Program-made: the position numbers and the translations under genes | The notes under the pieces: model-generated | Database searches by the model: none | What the model saw: only the letters and a program-made list of their open reading frames with translations | What the model was told of the DNA's origin: nothing | In this document: positions 11,783 to 26,744 of the stretch, piece by piece | Layout: the number at the start of each line of letters is the position of its first letter | How positions within the stretch are numbered: the first letter of the stretch is position 1 | From: Polymyxa betae A26-41 | Taxonomy: Eukaryota; Protista; Endomyxa: Phytomyxea | DNA length: 64,000 nucleotides | Direction: 5' to 3' | Assembly: GCA_003693705.1 (NCBI GenBank) | Contig: RBZT01000423.1 | Location: 1-64,000, forward strand

Positions 11783-13860
11783 TTAAGAATCTCTCTGGAA
11801 TATGCGGCCTGGCATACGAAGATCCACATTTTGACCAGGCGCAGGAATGTCATTGGGAGTAGAAGAAACAGAGCCAGGAGCTTTATCTGGGCTTCCCCAG
11901 TCAGCATAATCTGTTCTCTCACAAGCCTTGTATTCTTCAATTAGATTATGTACAATTTCACGAGCATCGTCCAATTCATCCAACCCATCAGCAAACATAC
12001 TTTCCTGGAACTGCACTTTAGGCGTAAAAACTGGGTAACTGGCAGAATACCTTTCTGTATTGCTCAAGGAAAGCATTACGTTTTCTAAGCATATCGTACT
12101 GCTTGAGAGATTTGGCGAACAGGTGATGGATTGAAGTGTGATTAGCAATCATTAAGCCATTAACGCGATGTGATGTCGTCATATATGGACTTTTTTTTGA
12201 CAAAGCCACCTGGTCAGAAATTTAGATAGCCATAAAGGATCAAAATCAATACTTATGGGAACCTGGATGGAGGCTGGACCCCATGAAATAAAATTAGCAA
12301 GCTTTCGTTCACGAATGCGTTGAAGACTCCTATGTACTTGACTTGGATCAACATCACCTTGAATTATATTAAGAATAGATATGTATGCTCCCCTATTGCA
12401 AAATAATTGATAATGTCGTCTAAATTGTGGATCAATTCAATACCGGCGGGTATTACAGCTAACCATGATGTTCTTTGATTGCAAAAGACGGCGCATGACA
12501 TCGATGACCGAGGTCTTTCGAACGGCACTGTGTGATGATGGAATAGTCAATGGTGTATAACCTAATAACAGTTAATGAGCAGAAATATAGAAATAATAAT
12601 ATAATGACCAGTCATGAGGAAATGACAACGAGGTGTAGGAATCAGTGATGCTATAAGTCCAACTAGATCATTATTCATATAGCCAGGATAACGAAGCGTG
12701 GTTGTCGAGGCAGCCATCACCTTAACATTTGATGTCAGTCTCCAAATGATCCCAATTTAATCTGTGCCAATATACTGTTGAGACTAACGAATTAGTTTGG
12801 GTAAAAGTTGGGTTCTCAATATGTAATCGATCAACAGCAATCCGATTCAAAGCAGTATTATCCAAAACTACAACAGCATCGGCATTAACTATACAGATTA
12901 CGATCAAATTATACTTCACATTGTTATATCGGCAACTACTACCTGTTAATCGCTTTAGGGTAAGAACTGAGTTATAAGGTTGAACTACAACATCAGATGT
13001 CTCCTGTGAATTTGGAAATACTGAATATCTACAAAAAGTTGTTGAATACTATATGAAATGGATACAAACATTGCTTACGTCTGAATTAGTTTCTTGGGAT
13101 AACGATCATTCAGGGTTTCTAATAAATAACTTCCCATACCCGAGCCAGTACCACCTATTTCATATGTGTTAAATTGAAACTTAAACAACAGTATCCTGAC
13201 GAACGCAATTAAGCATGAAGAATATCAGATAAAAAGCGATGATGACTAATAAAAAAATATAAACTGGCTCAAGTACCAGCAATAGAATGACACAGAACGA
13301 ATCCTTCTAATGAATCAGATCCATCAGCTTCCCGATCAATCATATCCACGATCTCCTCAGCAACCTGTTCACCAACAGCATATCCTTTAGCCCAGATATT
13401 TCCAGCACCTCCTGTTAGCGCTCTAATCAAAAGTGATGCTATAACATGGATATAACAGACCTCCATCTTGCCAGACATAGATATTCTCAGGATTATACAG
13501 ATTAGCATAAGGTGAAGCCTTAATGGTATTAATAACACGAGGCTCCATATCGATTAATATAGCTCGTGGAATATATTGCTCATCATCAGCTTGATAGAAG
13601 AAGACATCCTTACGATCATGACCTGGTTCAGCAGCAAATGTCTCTAATATTCCATCACTATATCATGTATATGATGTCTATAATATAATATAATACACAC
13701 AGATGACCTTCGTATTCCATGTTCTAAACATAGCTGTTTCCAGAACTCACTACCAACTATATTACCCAATCAATCAAAATATAATATCATGTGTTATCTG
13801 AGGAATATTACTCTGATTTCCACATTGTCCAACCTGAAGTGTAATAATCTCCCTAGGCAT
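11783..13860 (-). CDS. TUBG1: gamma-tubulin
   Basis: [69 protein letters not shown]. Confidence 0.98.
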
Positions 13861-14088
13861 GTTCTACTATGAATATAAAATATTGTGTATAGAGACAGGA
13901 AGATTGAGATGGATGATGGATAATATATCCCGGTCCCCCCCCCTTTATTCCCCTCTCTATCTCCGGGGTTTCATTATAAATATAAAAATAGAAATATCTG
14001 TATTTAACAGATACACTTTCATTACATAATTACATACATTACATGAAACAAAAATGAGATTTCAAAGAGAATGAATGCAGAGTGAAGT

Positions 14089-14490
14089 TTATTGATCAGA
14101 TGGTTCATTGGATTTACAGAACACATGTCGAAGGATCTTGGAGCCGGATTTGATGAAAGCGGTGTTGGCCCGTAAGACAGCCATGGTATTTGGTGATATT
14201 GATGTGTTATCAGGTCTTGAATAGGTAATCTTAGCATTAATGATATGATCTAATGTCTTACATGATAATGATTGTAATAAGACAGGTAATGTAGATTGAA
14301 TATATGTATCTACAATACTTGTATCTGGATCACATAATTCTGTACATATTCGTACTGATTTGACCTTAGGAGTAGGAGGAGAACTGCAACTTTTTATATT
14401 AACAGGATCATTAGCTTGATCATTTGAGGCAGCCAGTATCATAGCAATCAATATAGAGAATATTACAGTATAGATAGATGTGATTGTCAT
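14089..14490 (-). CDS. small secreted protein, unknown function
   Basis: 133-aa single-exon ORF with signal peptide MTITSIYTVIFSILIAMILAAS. Confidence 0.65.
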   Translation of the reverse strand: MTITSIYTVIFSILIAMILAASNDQANDPVNIKSCSSPPTPKVKSVRICTELCDPDTSIVDTYIQSTLPVLLQSLSCKTLDHIINAKITYSRPDNTSISPNTMAVLRANTAFIKSGSKILRHVFCKSNEPSDQ

Positions 14491-14945
14491 GATAAACTCC
14501 AGATCTTATTGATCAATGAAATGCAATCCAAATTGACGAATTAGACGCGGTTCTAGACCTGATTCAGATTGCAGTCTAAAGATCAGTTGATGGAGATTAA
14601 TCATTAGTCTATAATCAGACTATTAGTATACGACTATAGGCCATACATTCATATATTAATATATTATTATATGCATGTTATACAACTATCAGATATAGAC
14701 ACAAATATCATCAAATTGACCCATTTCATGCAGTTCTGCATATCTATTTCTAAGATCATCACCTTGATTTATGGTTGAAAGCTAACTCGGATATGCTCTG
14801 CTCGAACAAATGCAATTTCAACGGATCCCGAAAGGAAACCTAAACTAACGGATCCAATGCGCTTGTTCCTTGATTGTTAAGGTAGAAAAATGATTTTATG
14901 AATGTCAATACGACTTGTAAGTACAGATGTTGCAAATAGCAGATA

Positions 14946-16940
14946 TCATTGTACAGGCTCGATTGGTATTTGTTTAGCTTCCTGAAGCCATCTTTGTAAT
15001 ATATCTGCAATATGACGTCGTCCTAATATCATAGCTTGTGAATCATTAGGACGTGATGATCTCATATCTTCACAATGTGATGCCCCCGATATTAATACTG
15101 CTTCTTGATCATATGCAGGCTGATCTTTAACCACACTTAATACTCTCCAGGGATCTAATCCACCATTTACATAGAGTAATCTATTAGAGAAATATGAGAT
15201 CTGTGTCAATGAATAGAATATAATGGTATATATATATACCTGTATGCATTAGTTAGATATCCACCAGTTCGTGCATTTGTACTACGTATTAGATCTGTAA
15301 TCTTATCCTCTGTGATACCAAATAACTCAAAACATAATCTCGAATAGAATTTCTTATCAATCTTGGAGCTGAATATACATCCTTGATCTGGATCACATTG
15401 CTGATAATAACCAAATTGTGTACAGAACTGGAATGTCCATTGTCTACAAGAACCATAATGATTAGATGATATATAACAATATACAATATACAGACCTGTC
15501 ACTTGAATGTTTATCAAATGTCGTATTCGATAATGACTTGATATAATTATCCCAGGAATAATCATAACATTGACGTTCTTGTGCATTTAATACAGCATGA
15601 ATAACATCAGTTAGATGTTGTAATGCCGAACTTGAATGTCCATTGAATAGATTACAGATATTAGCTACATTAACCTGTGCCTATAATACAACCATGTATT
15701 TAGACATGATATTACATGAATATAATACATACCTGGTTATTATATTGGACAGCTTCCTGAAAGAATGATGCCAGGCTCTGTAGCATGAGACTATAATCAC
15801 GATATTGATTCAAAGGCGAGCATGATCTGAATGTATTCGAGATCGTTGATATTCCTAAGCCATGCACACAGATTTAGTTTCAATTCTTAGTGTTATGCTT
15901 ACATGAATACCATTGTTATCATTATCTGCAATACGCTCAATCTCTCGAAATGCCTGTCTAATACGTTCTTGACAATGTTGACTTCCACCAATATCTTCAT
16001 CTGCAAATGCACGTCCAACTTCCCTCATATATCTACATATCAATATATCAATACAGATCTCAATCATCTCATACAATCACTACATACGCACTGAAATCTT
16101 TTCTAGCACGAACTGGTGAAGATGATGCTACAGCTCCAAATACTTGACTTGGAAATTTCATACGAAACCATGCTGATAATGCCCCTGTAATATGGATATG
16201 AATATAACACAATACATGCCATATCCTATAAACATGATACATACCAGCATAGCTACCACCAAATGTAATTACTTGATTATCTGGACCAATCTGTAATCGT
16301 GGTCGAAGGTGATCTAAGAATCGACCAAGGTCTTCTAATGCTTGCATCCATGTCAAATATTTCATATTATCTACTGACATATCTGGCAGATTTGGTATAG
16401 ATTCACCTAACAGAACATTATTCAACATTGAAGATACTCTGTGAAATGAATTAAGAATATAAGAGATAGTAAATAGGCAGTATAGAATATCAATGTAAAT
16501 AGACAACTAACCATAATAGCGATGTTCAATAACGATCAATAAAGCATTGAATCGTTTAGCAAGTTCAGCTACATGACCAAGATATACATCATATGGTGTA
16601 ATAGGTGCTTCACCTCCAATCAGGAGAAATACTGGCCCAGTCCGATTAGATTCTATCCAAGATTGATCATTGAGATAGAATCTCTGCCAGAATACCCGAT
16701 CATCTTTCATATCAAAATGATCAAGTTTCTGTTTGAAATAGCTTGCTTGTGGTAGGAAAGATTCCTATGATGAGCATCATTGAGGTATGTGATTATTAAT
16801 GAACTCATATCGATTACATTGAATTGCTGAATTTCAGCTGGAGATAGGAACAGATGATGAGGACGTATTGATGGATGCCATACAATTGAGCTAATACCAT
16901 GCTCAATGATCAACATCATAATCAGTATCAATAGCAACAT
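14946..16940 (-). CDS. serine peptidase family S28, secreted
   Basis: FWQRFYLN, PVFLLIGGE, IEHRYYG, FGGSYAG (Ser), WFRMKFP, NGGLDPW (Asp), GASHCEDM (His); signal peptide MLLLILIMMLII. Confidence 0.93.
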
Positions 16941-17030
16941 TGATTGAATCTGGAAACGGAACTTGGTCGAATAACAATGCGATGGATGCATGACTCAATA
17001 TAGATTCTGATATAACCAATGTCTAGACAT

Positions 17031-20000
17031 TTATTTGACATTGACTTTAACTCTAACATTCATAGCAGCTAATTCATTAACAAGGAATGTGAATACATAT
17101 GGAATATGTATGAGAACACAATCATGTGTTTTACATGATGTACAGAGAGTAGTAGTACCATATCCTATTGATGAAATAATACTTGAACATGATCTGCATA
17201 CATATACTACATAATTGTTATCAGCATTCATATGATAATATATCTCATCTCAATACTGACCTTGGTGATCATCAGAACATTTCAGTAATCTATCATTAAG
17301 TAGATATGCTGCTCCATGACCAAGTAATGAATCACGTTCCATCTCACCAAATCGAATACCACCACGACGTTTACGTCCTTGAACTGGCTGATGTGTTATC
17401 TCATTAGTTGGACCAGTAGCTCGAACCTGTCACAATACTCAATATAACATTTATATTCATATGCAAGTACCTGAGATTTATCTGATACCATATGACGAAG
17501 TCGTTGATAATAGACAACACCAATAAAAACATCAGCTTGGAACTGCATACCCGACACACCAGAATACATCTCTTCATTACCCAGATAATTATATCCAGCT
17601 GCACGTAACTATCATGGAAATTAGACTCAAAGATGCAGTCTGGAATTAGACCAACCTGGGCACCGAAATAATCCACAGCCAGATCATTCTCATTAAATTG
17701 GAATGGAGTTCCATTAGCAAATACACCATGAAGACATGCAGCCTTGCCAGCCATTGATTCTATTAACATTCCAATTGTCATTCGTGATGGGAATGCATGT
17801 GGATTAATAATAACATCTGGAGTTAGACCATCACCTACACATATAGATGAATCAGCACAGATCTGATATTAACATATATATAAGATACAAACCTGTAAAT
17901 GGCATATCTATCTGATTCCATAATTGTGATAGGACACCCTTCTGTCCATGTCTAGATGAGAATTTATCCCCAAGAACACAATTACGATTATATCGTAATG
18001 TAATTGATATTGAGAATGGAGATCCAGATCCAGTACTACGTCCAATAATACGAACCTGTAATTGTAGAGTTAGATATATAATTATATGAGTATAATATTC
18101 ATATATAATACATACATGATCAATACGACATAATTCAGATGATTTATGTCTGACACAGAGAAACTTCTGTGTAGTTGAATTATAATAAGAATATAATGGA
18201 TCTCCATGATTGAGATATGATCCAACAATAGGTAGACCATCAGATCCTATCCCTTTATATACAATCTTCTTAGATACAGGATCTATATTGCAGAATACAT
18301 AGGGACTAGATCTATTGCCAACCTGTACAATACATTTAGATGTTCAATATCTGTGTAATTATAACCATGTTCATACTCACTTGTAGATCATTCAAATCAA
18401 CGAATTTAGTAGTGTAGACAGATCCATGACCAAATCCACGTTCAAAAGCACTCTTATTAATAATCATAGCATCTTCCATATCATAACCTATAACACATTA
18501 AGTATATACTAATTACTATAATAAACAGTAATAAGAACCTGTATATGAGACAACAGCTACAACAGCATTACATCCTAATGGATATTGATCCATATCTAGA
18601 TCTGTATATGTCTTATTACGAACTATTGGAGTCTGTATATTCTGTATACGATATATCTTGTTATCAGTACGATGTATATGACTATGATATGGTGTTCCCA
18701 TTGTCTGTTTACCCATTTGACATTGATACCTAATAACACATTAATTATATAATCATCACACCATTCAACACATTCAAACAATCACAAATCTAGTAATGGA
18801 ATGCATGCAAATAACAACCAGATGGAACTGATGTTAAAGACAATGAAGATAATAACGCATTGATAGACTACGTACATATTTCTTGGAGATTGATTAAAAT
18901 CAGAGAATGGAGTTAATGATGCAATAACACTCAACATATTAACTGGATCAATCTCCATATGTTGAGTATGTGGTAGAATCTCTTCATTCTGTATAGCAAT
19001 ATCTAAGAACATTTGCTCTAATGGTGATATCCATTCCTGTAATAGACATTATCAACACAAACAATAATACAATAGAACTCGTACAGTTTGTTGTGTTGGT
19101 AGATATCGAACAGGACGAATAAATCTGCCAAGATTGGCGAATAGATAGAGGCCAGGATATGCACCAGATTCATAACTGTATATATGATATTAGCTGTATA
19201 CAAATCAATATATGAATGTTAACCTTGGAATTAGAACAATTTCTAATGTATTTGGTATATAATAAGTATCTGGATCTGTCACCTATATTAATAATATATT
19301 TCAATATACTAGATGAGAATCATATACAAATAGACCTTGAGATATCTCAACTTATTCGATAATTGAACACAATCCTGAACTGGAACAGATCCAATCATAA
19401 CACCATCATACATAATTGGTAGATGTTCATGATTAATAGGACGTCGATCTTGACCTCGATATGTATCCATTCCTAGTTAATATCATATCAGAACACGTCT
19501 GATATCCAATCTCCAATACCGACCTAATTGCAACAATTGTTGAATAAATCTATCTCGATATTGATATTGCTGATCATAATGACATTTTACTTGACAAGGT
19601 GCAGTTAAATGATTTAATAGACCACATGGACTACCATCAGGTGTATGTACAGGACATAAAAACCCAAAACATTCAGGTAATAACTTACGAACTATATACA
19701 CGAATTAGTAGCAAATATGAATCTGACATAAATCAAATAGATACCTGTTGTGGTTTTCATTTCAGCAAAGAATGCACCACGATGAATAGATCGGAAATGA
19801 GCAGTATATCGGTAATAATTTCTATACAAATATTCAGATTCAATGGGATGGTCTAGTTGATATTATAATACAATTTCTCAGCAATAATTGTATAACCAGA
19901 GACTTGCTGTAAATCAAGACCAGTAGTAGAAACAAGATTTCCAGTTGATATCAAATTTCGTAATCTTGGTCCAATATCTGGACATTGTCCAGCTATATGA

Positions 20001-21629
20001 CGTATATAAACATCATCTGTTAAAGATACACGAGGATTCTTTACATTCTCATCCTATTCATAATACATAATCAATATCAGATACGTTGCACAATGAGATA
20101 ACACACCCGAATTATCTTAGATCGGATCAGATAGAGAAGTTCTTGAGCTCGTTCTTTAAGTAAATTAGCATATAAATGTCCAGGTAATAAGACTTCATGA
20201 GCCGATAGAGCATCAGCATTATCAGCTTGTATTAGACCTGAATATTCCCAATAATCAGATTAATATCAACCAAGGACAAACATGATAAAGATCACCTTGA
20301 ACCAGAGCAAACAGCTTCTTAACCATCAGAGCGAGAACATCAAATTTCTCGGCCTCGTTCTCACAATGTACAAAGAAATGACGTTGAAGCAGAATACGGC
20401 CAGCTTGTGCATCAGATATCTATTTCAAATGAATGATTTTACACAATATGACAAATCTGATCCAAAACATACATCATCATTAAGCTTAAGAACAGCCCGG
20501 AATCTGGCGCCAAGATATGCACGATAATCAGAACATGTCTTAAGATTTAATGATTTCACAGAACGAAGCATCTGAAAATTTCAAAACATCAGCTGTTAAT
20601 ATAGATTTCTATTGATACTAACTAACCCTTTCCATACGATCTGATGAGAATGTATCTCCAACTGCACATATCGATTGGAAGATCTCGTAATCGGTTGTAT
20701 CAATTAATGCATGAAAGATCAATACAACAGGTGTCAGATATCTGTATAACAGCAGAATCAATATATAGAAACAATTGTTAATGAAACACATAATGAATGA
20801 AAATACATGATGGACTGGTTTAAACAATGAATAATATAATAAATTGATATACAGAACATACTCCTGTTTGCTGATTGTACATTTAATAGTACATGTTCCA
20901 TCATTAATATAATGACATGTTATTGTCTGTGAAGATTGATCAGGTCTAAGACATCGTATAGCAGTTGCATATTCAGTATATCCAGCACCACGATTACTGA
21001 ATGATGATCGCGTTAGAGCAGAGATATAATTACGTTTTGGTAAGATCAAGAGTCTCATGACTTTCTCAAGGCCATTAATAATGAAATACCCTCCCTGATT
21101 AATATTAATATTAGAATACGATATTCCTGAATAGTGCAGATCAAAGAACCTTCTCAGTCTGTTCCTCGCGATATTCAACGAGTTTGTCAGCGTTTAAATA
21201 TCTAAGATGACAGGCTCGACTCTTTACCATGATTGGAGCTTGACCTGAGCTCACAACCACATCACTTAGATATTGCTCATTGATCTGTCTTGATATAGTA
21301 ATCGTTAAGGCTCCTGTATAACTACAATGACCTTCGCGACATTCATTCGGGAATAGACGACTATCAAGCCCCTGATCCGATTTCGATGGTTGAGCGATCC
21401 TATTTACAATCTGAATATCATATTGAATAATAGAGATATGTCCTGACCTAATCTGTTTAATAGATAGTCTACATGCAGGTCTATCAGTATCGGTATTAGA
21501 TGGAATATCTACTGGATCTATATATCGTCCTAATAGATCCAGACCATTATTCAATAACCAATCAAATGATTCAACATGAGGTTGCACAATATTGTGCACA
21601 TCTGATTGCTGGGTATCACCTGACATCAC
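17031..21629 (-). CDS. RPA2: RNA polymerase I second-largest subunit
   Basis: [90 protein letters not shown]. Confidence 0.97.
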
Positions 21630-21827
21630 AGATCCAGCTTACAGAAAACAGCCAGCTGAAAGAATGTTTCAGAACGACTTTCTCAAATACGGACTCCGTC
21701 ACGGACACCGCTTCATTCTTTCTGCGCGATTTTTTTCGATTTTGACACTTTTTTCGATCCATGTTTGTGTTTGGTGATCGGGATTTGTGTCAGATTGCTG
21801 ACCATTACAATTACATTGAATAAAAAT

Positions 21828-23150
21828 CTATTGAGACACGTAATCCATCAGCCTATACTGTATTCGATAGATTATCGTGATATTGAATTTCTATGTCAAG
21901 GCTGCATTTAGACAGTTGTGTTGATATCGAGTTTGAGATCGATCTGTGATATGATATCTCTATTAAGCTCTTCTATAATATGACATGCTTCTGGAGTCTT
22001 GACCTTGGATTTAATCAGCTGGCGTAATATACTGAAAATGTACAATAAACGATGTGCACATTGTTCAGTAATCATGGAGTGGTTCAGATCTACAACTGGA
22101 TCTGGTTTCGAACAGATCGTAATGACTGTTAAACTCGCCTTCATATCAACTCCATGATTTAATGTCATTATCCTGAACCATACAGTTGGAAAATGGTTTC
22201 CAGATTATCATTCATTTCGCCACCTACCGATATTGTAGTGTTTCTAGAGCATTGCGAAGACGATCATGATCGTCTTGATTACTGATACAGTTGGCAACAT
22301 GATTCAATACATCTGCAACGATATAGAAAGCGGATTGTATGGCAGTTTGTGGACTAGATGCCAATAACTGCTCGTCCAATGTTTTCAACCGACTTAACGT
22401 TTCGCCATGATGACGATATATAATCTGATCTTGAGCCTCCAGCTCAGCATCGTGTAATTGTTTGGCGTTGAAGAATACGACCGGACCCGTACGTGATGAC
22501 ATAATCCAATAAGATATTTCGATTGGTCGGATAGGAGATATGGAAGACCAACCGGATCTCAAAACACACTTACTGATTCTGACCCTAATTGATTTGAAAC
22601 TGAACAATTCAAATCCCACAAAGAGGACTGCTGGAAGATGATACAAACATTGCAGGTAATCATTGCAACAATGTCAGTTGCTGGACCTGAAACAGAAACG
22701 GCGATATTGCATTGGGAACAGGCCTGGATTATGTCGACATCAGCATGTCATATATAGAAGCAAAGAGAACAGTTTATTACATGAACTGTAATGACTGTAA
22801 TACAGATTGTAGAAAGGGTCTGTTATATGGAGAGTGGTGTTATGCTTAAGTGGTGGTATCATAATAGACAGTGAAGCGCAGCCATCTTTTACACAATCAC
22901 GGAGTATTCTACCGGAAAGGACTCCATCAATTGTCATCATAAATTGATGGATGGTCTGCTCAATGATGACATTGTTAGTAATCGGATTTCGATGGCAACA
23001 ACAGGACTAAAGGATTTTGGACCTTCCTATTACCATGACAGTCAATATTGGAATCCTATCAGGTTATGCAATATGCTGTCGTATTGGTTATATGGTCCAT
23101 TACCTTTCCTGCCGTCATCATGCAGATGTTGGCATTTCTGAGAGCGCATT
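21828..23150 (-). CDS. hypothetical multi-exon protein (5' end uncertain)
   Basis: Consecutive minus-strand ORFs (22740-22940, 22224-22646, 21908-22168) separated by GT..AG segments. Confidence 0.45.
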
Positions 23151-23196
23151 TCATCTTTTTCTTAAATGTACTAAATAAATGTTTATCGAATTTATG

Positions 23197-26144
23197 TTAT
23201 GCCGATGTGGAAGCTGTCTTTGCCATTTTCTTAGCTTGTCTCATTCGATAAAGATCTGTGGCTGGTGGGACATTCATATTAGTTGGGCCTGATATCTCAG
23301 ATGCATCTCGTTTAGTTCCAGATTGTCGATTAGCAGCACCATTATCTGTACCAACGCCTGAGGATATCTGATACCAAACCATTAGACAATTTTCGAAAAG
23401 TAGAATTAAAGACTATGTACAGAAACAATTTTAGGTTTAGCCTCCATAATCCAGCTCATGAGACGATCGATCTGAACAATGTCAGGTCCGGCACTGCATG
23501 GAAGCCTGCAATTTGTTTGTTCAGATTTTGCTGTCCAGAGATATTACTATGGGAATCAAACCTTAGTAACAGCGACCGTAATGCTGGACCAATATCCAAC
23601 GAAAGCGTAAAGATCGGATTCCCGTTTTCTAAGACCTGAGGCGAAAAATTCAGCAACATATGAGGTAGATAAGACAGACCGACTTTGCACATTTCGCCGA
23701 CATCGGGCTTCGGTAAAGAATCTAATTCAGATCCCGAATGGGATTCATCACCACTGAGACCCTGCTGGTTCCTTTTGGATTCTAACAATGAAGGACCCAA
23801 GGCAACTGCATTACGATATGCCTCCGAGCAGGGATATAGATCCTGAAAATAACCCCTTAACGCATCATCAAAGAATCACGTTAATAATGGCGACGAACCT
23901 GGAAATGTCGCCTGCCAATGACTCCAGTAATATCGAAATGTGTCGCTAATGGATTCTGAGCGCGACTATTGGTTTTTGATAACACCGAATCTCGACGTTG
24001 TTCGGCAGCTTCGACTGTGGGAAAATCAGAAACCTGGACACCATATCAGAAACTGAAGGAGATGGAGATAAGAACTTTGGAACCATTCGTTCTAGTTGGA
24101 CATAACGATCGTAGATTGGAGCGACATCCATATTCTCAGCTAGCTCTCGAAAGCATTGCTCAAATATCAGTCGCATATTCTGGTGGTCATTGCGACTGTA
24201 TAAGAAATCCAGATATTCACACTAATTACAAAGAATGGGGGATTTGAAGACAGCAAGTTCTGATGATTTACCAGGAATGGAATACTGGTAGAGAACTTCT
24301 TCATTCCCAGATTAAAAATATTACTAGCAACAATAGGATCGTTATCGATATGGTCTGAGAAACAAATTGAGCAGATAATAATCCGATGTTGAACTAGACT
24401 TGCATTCCATTAAAGCTGCCGCACAGTATAGATGATAGGTGCAACTTGGGGACCGAATCAACGCCACCATTTTCTTCCGAGCGGCTTCCGAGCCTTCGCT
24501 GAACACAGAGTCAGAATTGCACTAAGTAGATAGCCAGTATAGGATTACGTCCTTCGAATATATCGTAGAAGTTCAATAGCGCAAAGGGGAGAAGTCGCTC
24601 CTGCAGAAATGTGAAGATTTTCATAAATCTGGCGAGCTTCCTGGTATCCAAATTGAATTCTTCAATAATGGAATCATTGAGACATCAACCTTCAAATTCC
24701 TTTTTCGTTCTTGAAAATCTGCATAAAGGAAATGCATGAGAGGAGTATTCGGCATGACCTCCAGCGATTGCTCAAAAATCTTGACAGCATCGTCTACAAC
24801 GTCGTTGTCAGATTCTATATAAAATATGCTTTCACAAATGTAACCATGGCCACAATTTTCGTCCATAAACATGGCATAGGCATTCCAAATTTGTGGATAA
24901 AAACGTAAGCAGCAGACGCATTGGCGAAAGTAAAATTGAATTCTTGCTTTAAATACAGCACCATCCAGCCGAAGGGGATTTCCCTAAGTGAAGCACAATT
25001 TTAAAACTGCAATAGAAATGATATCATCCTACTAGTTCGTAAGTCAGTAACCTTTGCCAAATTAAAACCTGTCTGTAATCTCGCGCCTGAGCGTGTCGCC
25101 CTGGAAGTAACTATGATACTATGAAGACTGCAATGTAAAAAATTGCCGACCAGAAGGAGTGGGCTTTGCGAGCATCTCCAGCAGAAGACCTTCGCGTTTC
25201 TTTTTCAGTTCCCGTTTGACGTTAAGACATTTTAAGTAGACAGGATGTGATAATGCAATTGTGTTTGTAGCAAGATCCTGCAAACATTTCAGAGACCCTG
25301 ACAGAAAATAATTAACTCAAACTTTATAATGTCGATGTTCCCATGTCTCGTAATTCTTCCAAATAGTTTCGGTTTGATTCATTGGAATGGCGATTGCGCG
25401 CTGATACACCTTTCTGATCAGTCCCAGCTTTTCATTCTCTTCTGTCGCGTTCAGCGCCTGTTAAATTGTCTTGAATCAAGTAGAATTAAGTGACGTTTTG
25501 AGTTTGTCTGCGAACCTCAGATGCCGCTAAAAAGTTGATATAATCCATCCAGATTTGCGATGAGTTAAAATCAATACCGACATGCTCCAGCGTGAATTCA
25601 TAAGCAGTGCCTTTTGGAGAAAACAGTCAGGGAATGATGATTTGCAGGAACTGAGGACATACAAAGGGCAGCACGTTCTCCAGGCTGGTTCTTTTTTGTC
25701 ATTTGCTGATAACGAATATAGGTTCGATACAGTTCCACATCAAGACATATTGGCAGACATCTACTGAACAGATCATCGACCATCTCTTTCTAAATCTCAG
25801 TCCAGTGTCGGTATTGAGTTCAAGCCAACCTACTCCAATTCTTTGCTTCAATTTCTTTATCAAGAAAAAACCTCCACTATTCGGGATATAAGAGCAAGCG
25901 AGAACGCATATGAGCTTGTGATATTTACATAATCAGCTGCAGTCGGGAAATATTTTAAAAACGTGTCAAATATGAGACGAGATTCGTCATTAATTGGTGT
26001 CGGAAGGGTATTATAATGGCGCATAATCACCATCCAGGATGCTGTGTCGTACACATTCCGGGCCAACGCATCGCTAACCTGTTTCAAACTTGGGGGAAAC
26101 CCAGCAACAATATTTTCAGGAAATAATGCTTCCACTACTGTCAT
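23197..26144 (-). CDS. CSTF3: cleavage stimulation factor 77 kDa subunit (HAT repeats, Suf domain)
   Basis: YDTASWMV, FLKYFPTAA, DLFSRCL, HFLYADFQE, Pro-rich C-terminus ending DLYRMRQAKK. Confidence 0.85.
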
Positions 26145-26744
26145 TGGTAACCACGTCCAAGTATCCAGGAAGATGATATAATGCAGAATGGCCTAACATG
26201 CGACTTCAAAACATATAGAATTTACCGCAACGCACTCCAAAATTTCCAAACTTTTATTTGAAAGTGATCTTGATCAAAGGGCTGTACCGGACTCGTAGAA
26301 CTGTGACGCACGATATCATTTGGATACTTTTCTTTGTGATATATCGTATATCCAACTTCAACCTATACTGATATACAGTAGAATCAAGACATATTATATT
26401 CCAGATTTACCCAGAAGGGCATCCTCCGATCTTGTGGCCGACCTCTAAAATTCTGTTGTCCACCTGTAAATTCCATCAAGCCATTGATTGCCATTTCCAA
26501 TTAGACCATTTCTTTTGTCATCTCGCATTTACAGTTTTTGCGAATCTCATTTGTCCAAATACCAGACCTTATTATATCAGGCGGGATTCTTGTCTAGAGT
26601 CGATTCCAAATCTTCAGTTCTAGGCGTCGGTTGTTGCAGGTGCCCTACCTGGGCTCTCACTGCATCTTCACGCTGGTGCTCTTTAATCTACATCTGCATC
26701 GTCCTTGGTCCCATGTCCCCATTGCTAAACGACATTATCGCTTC

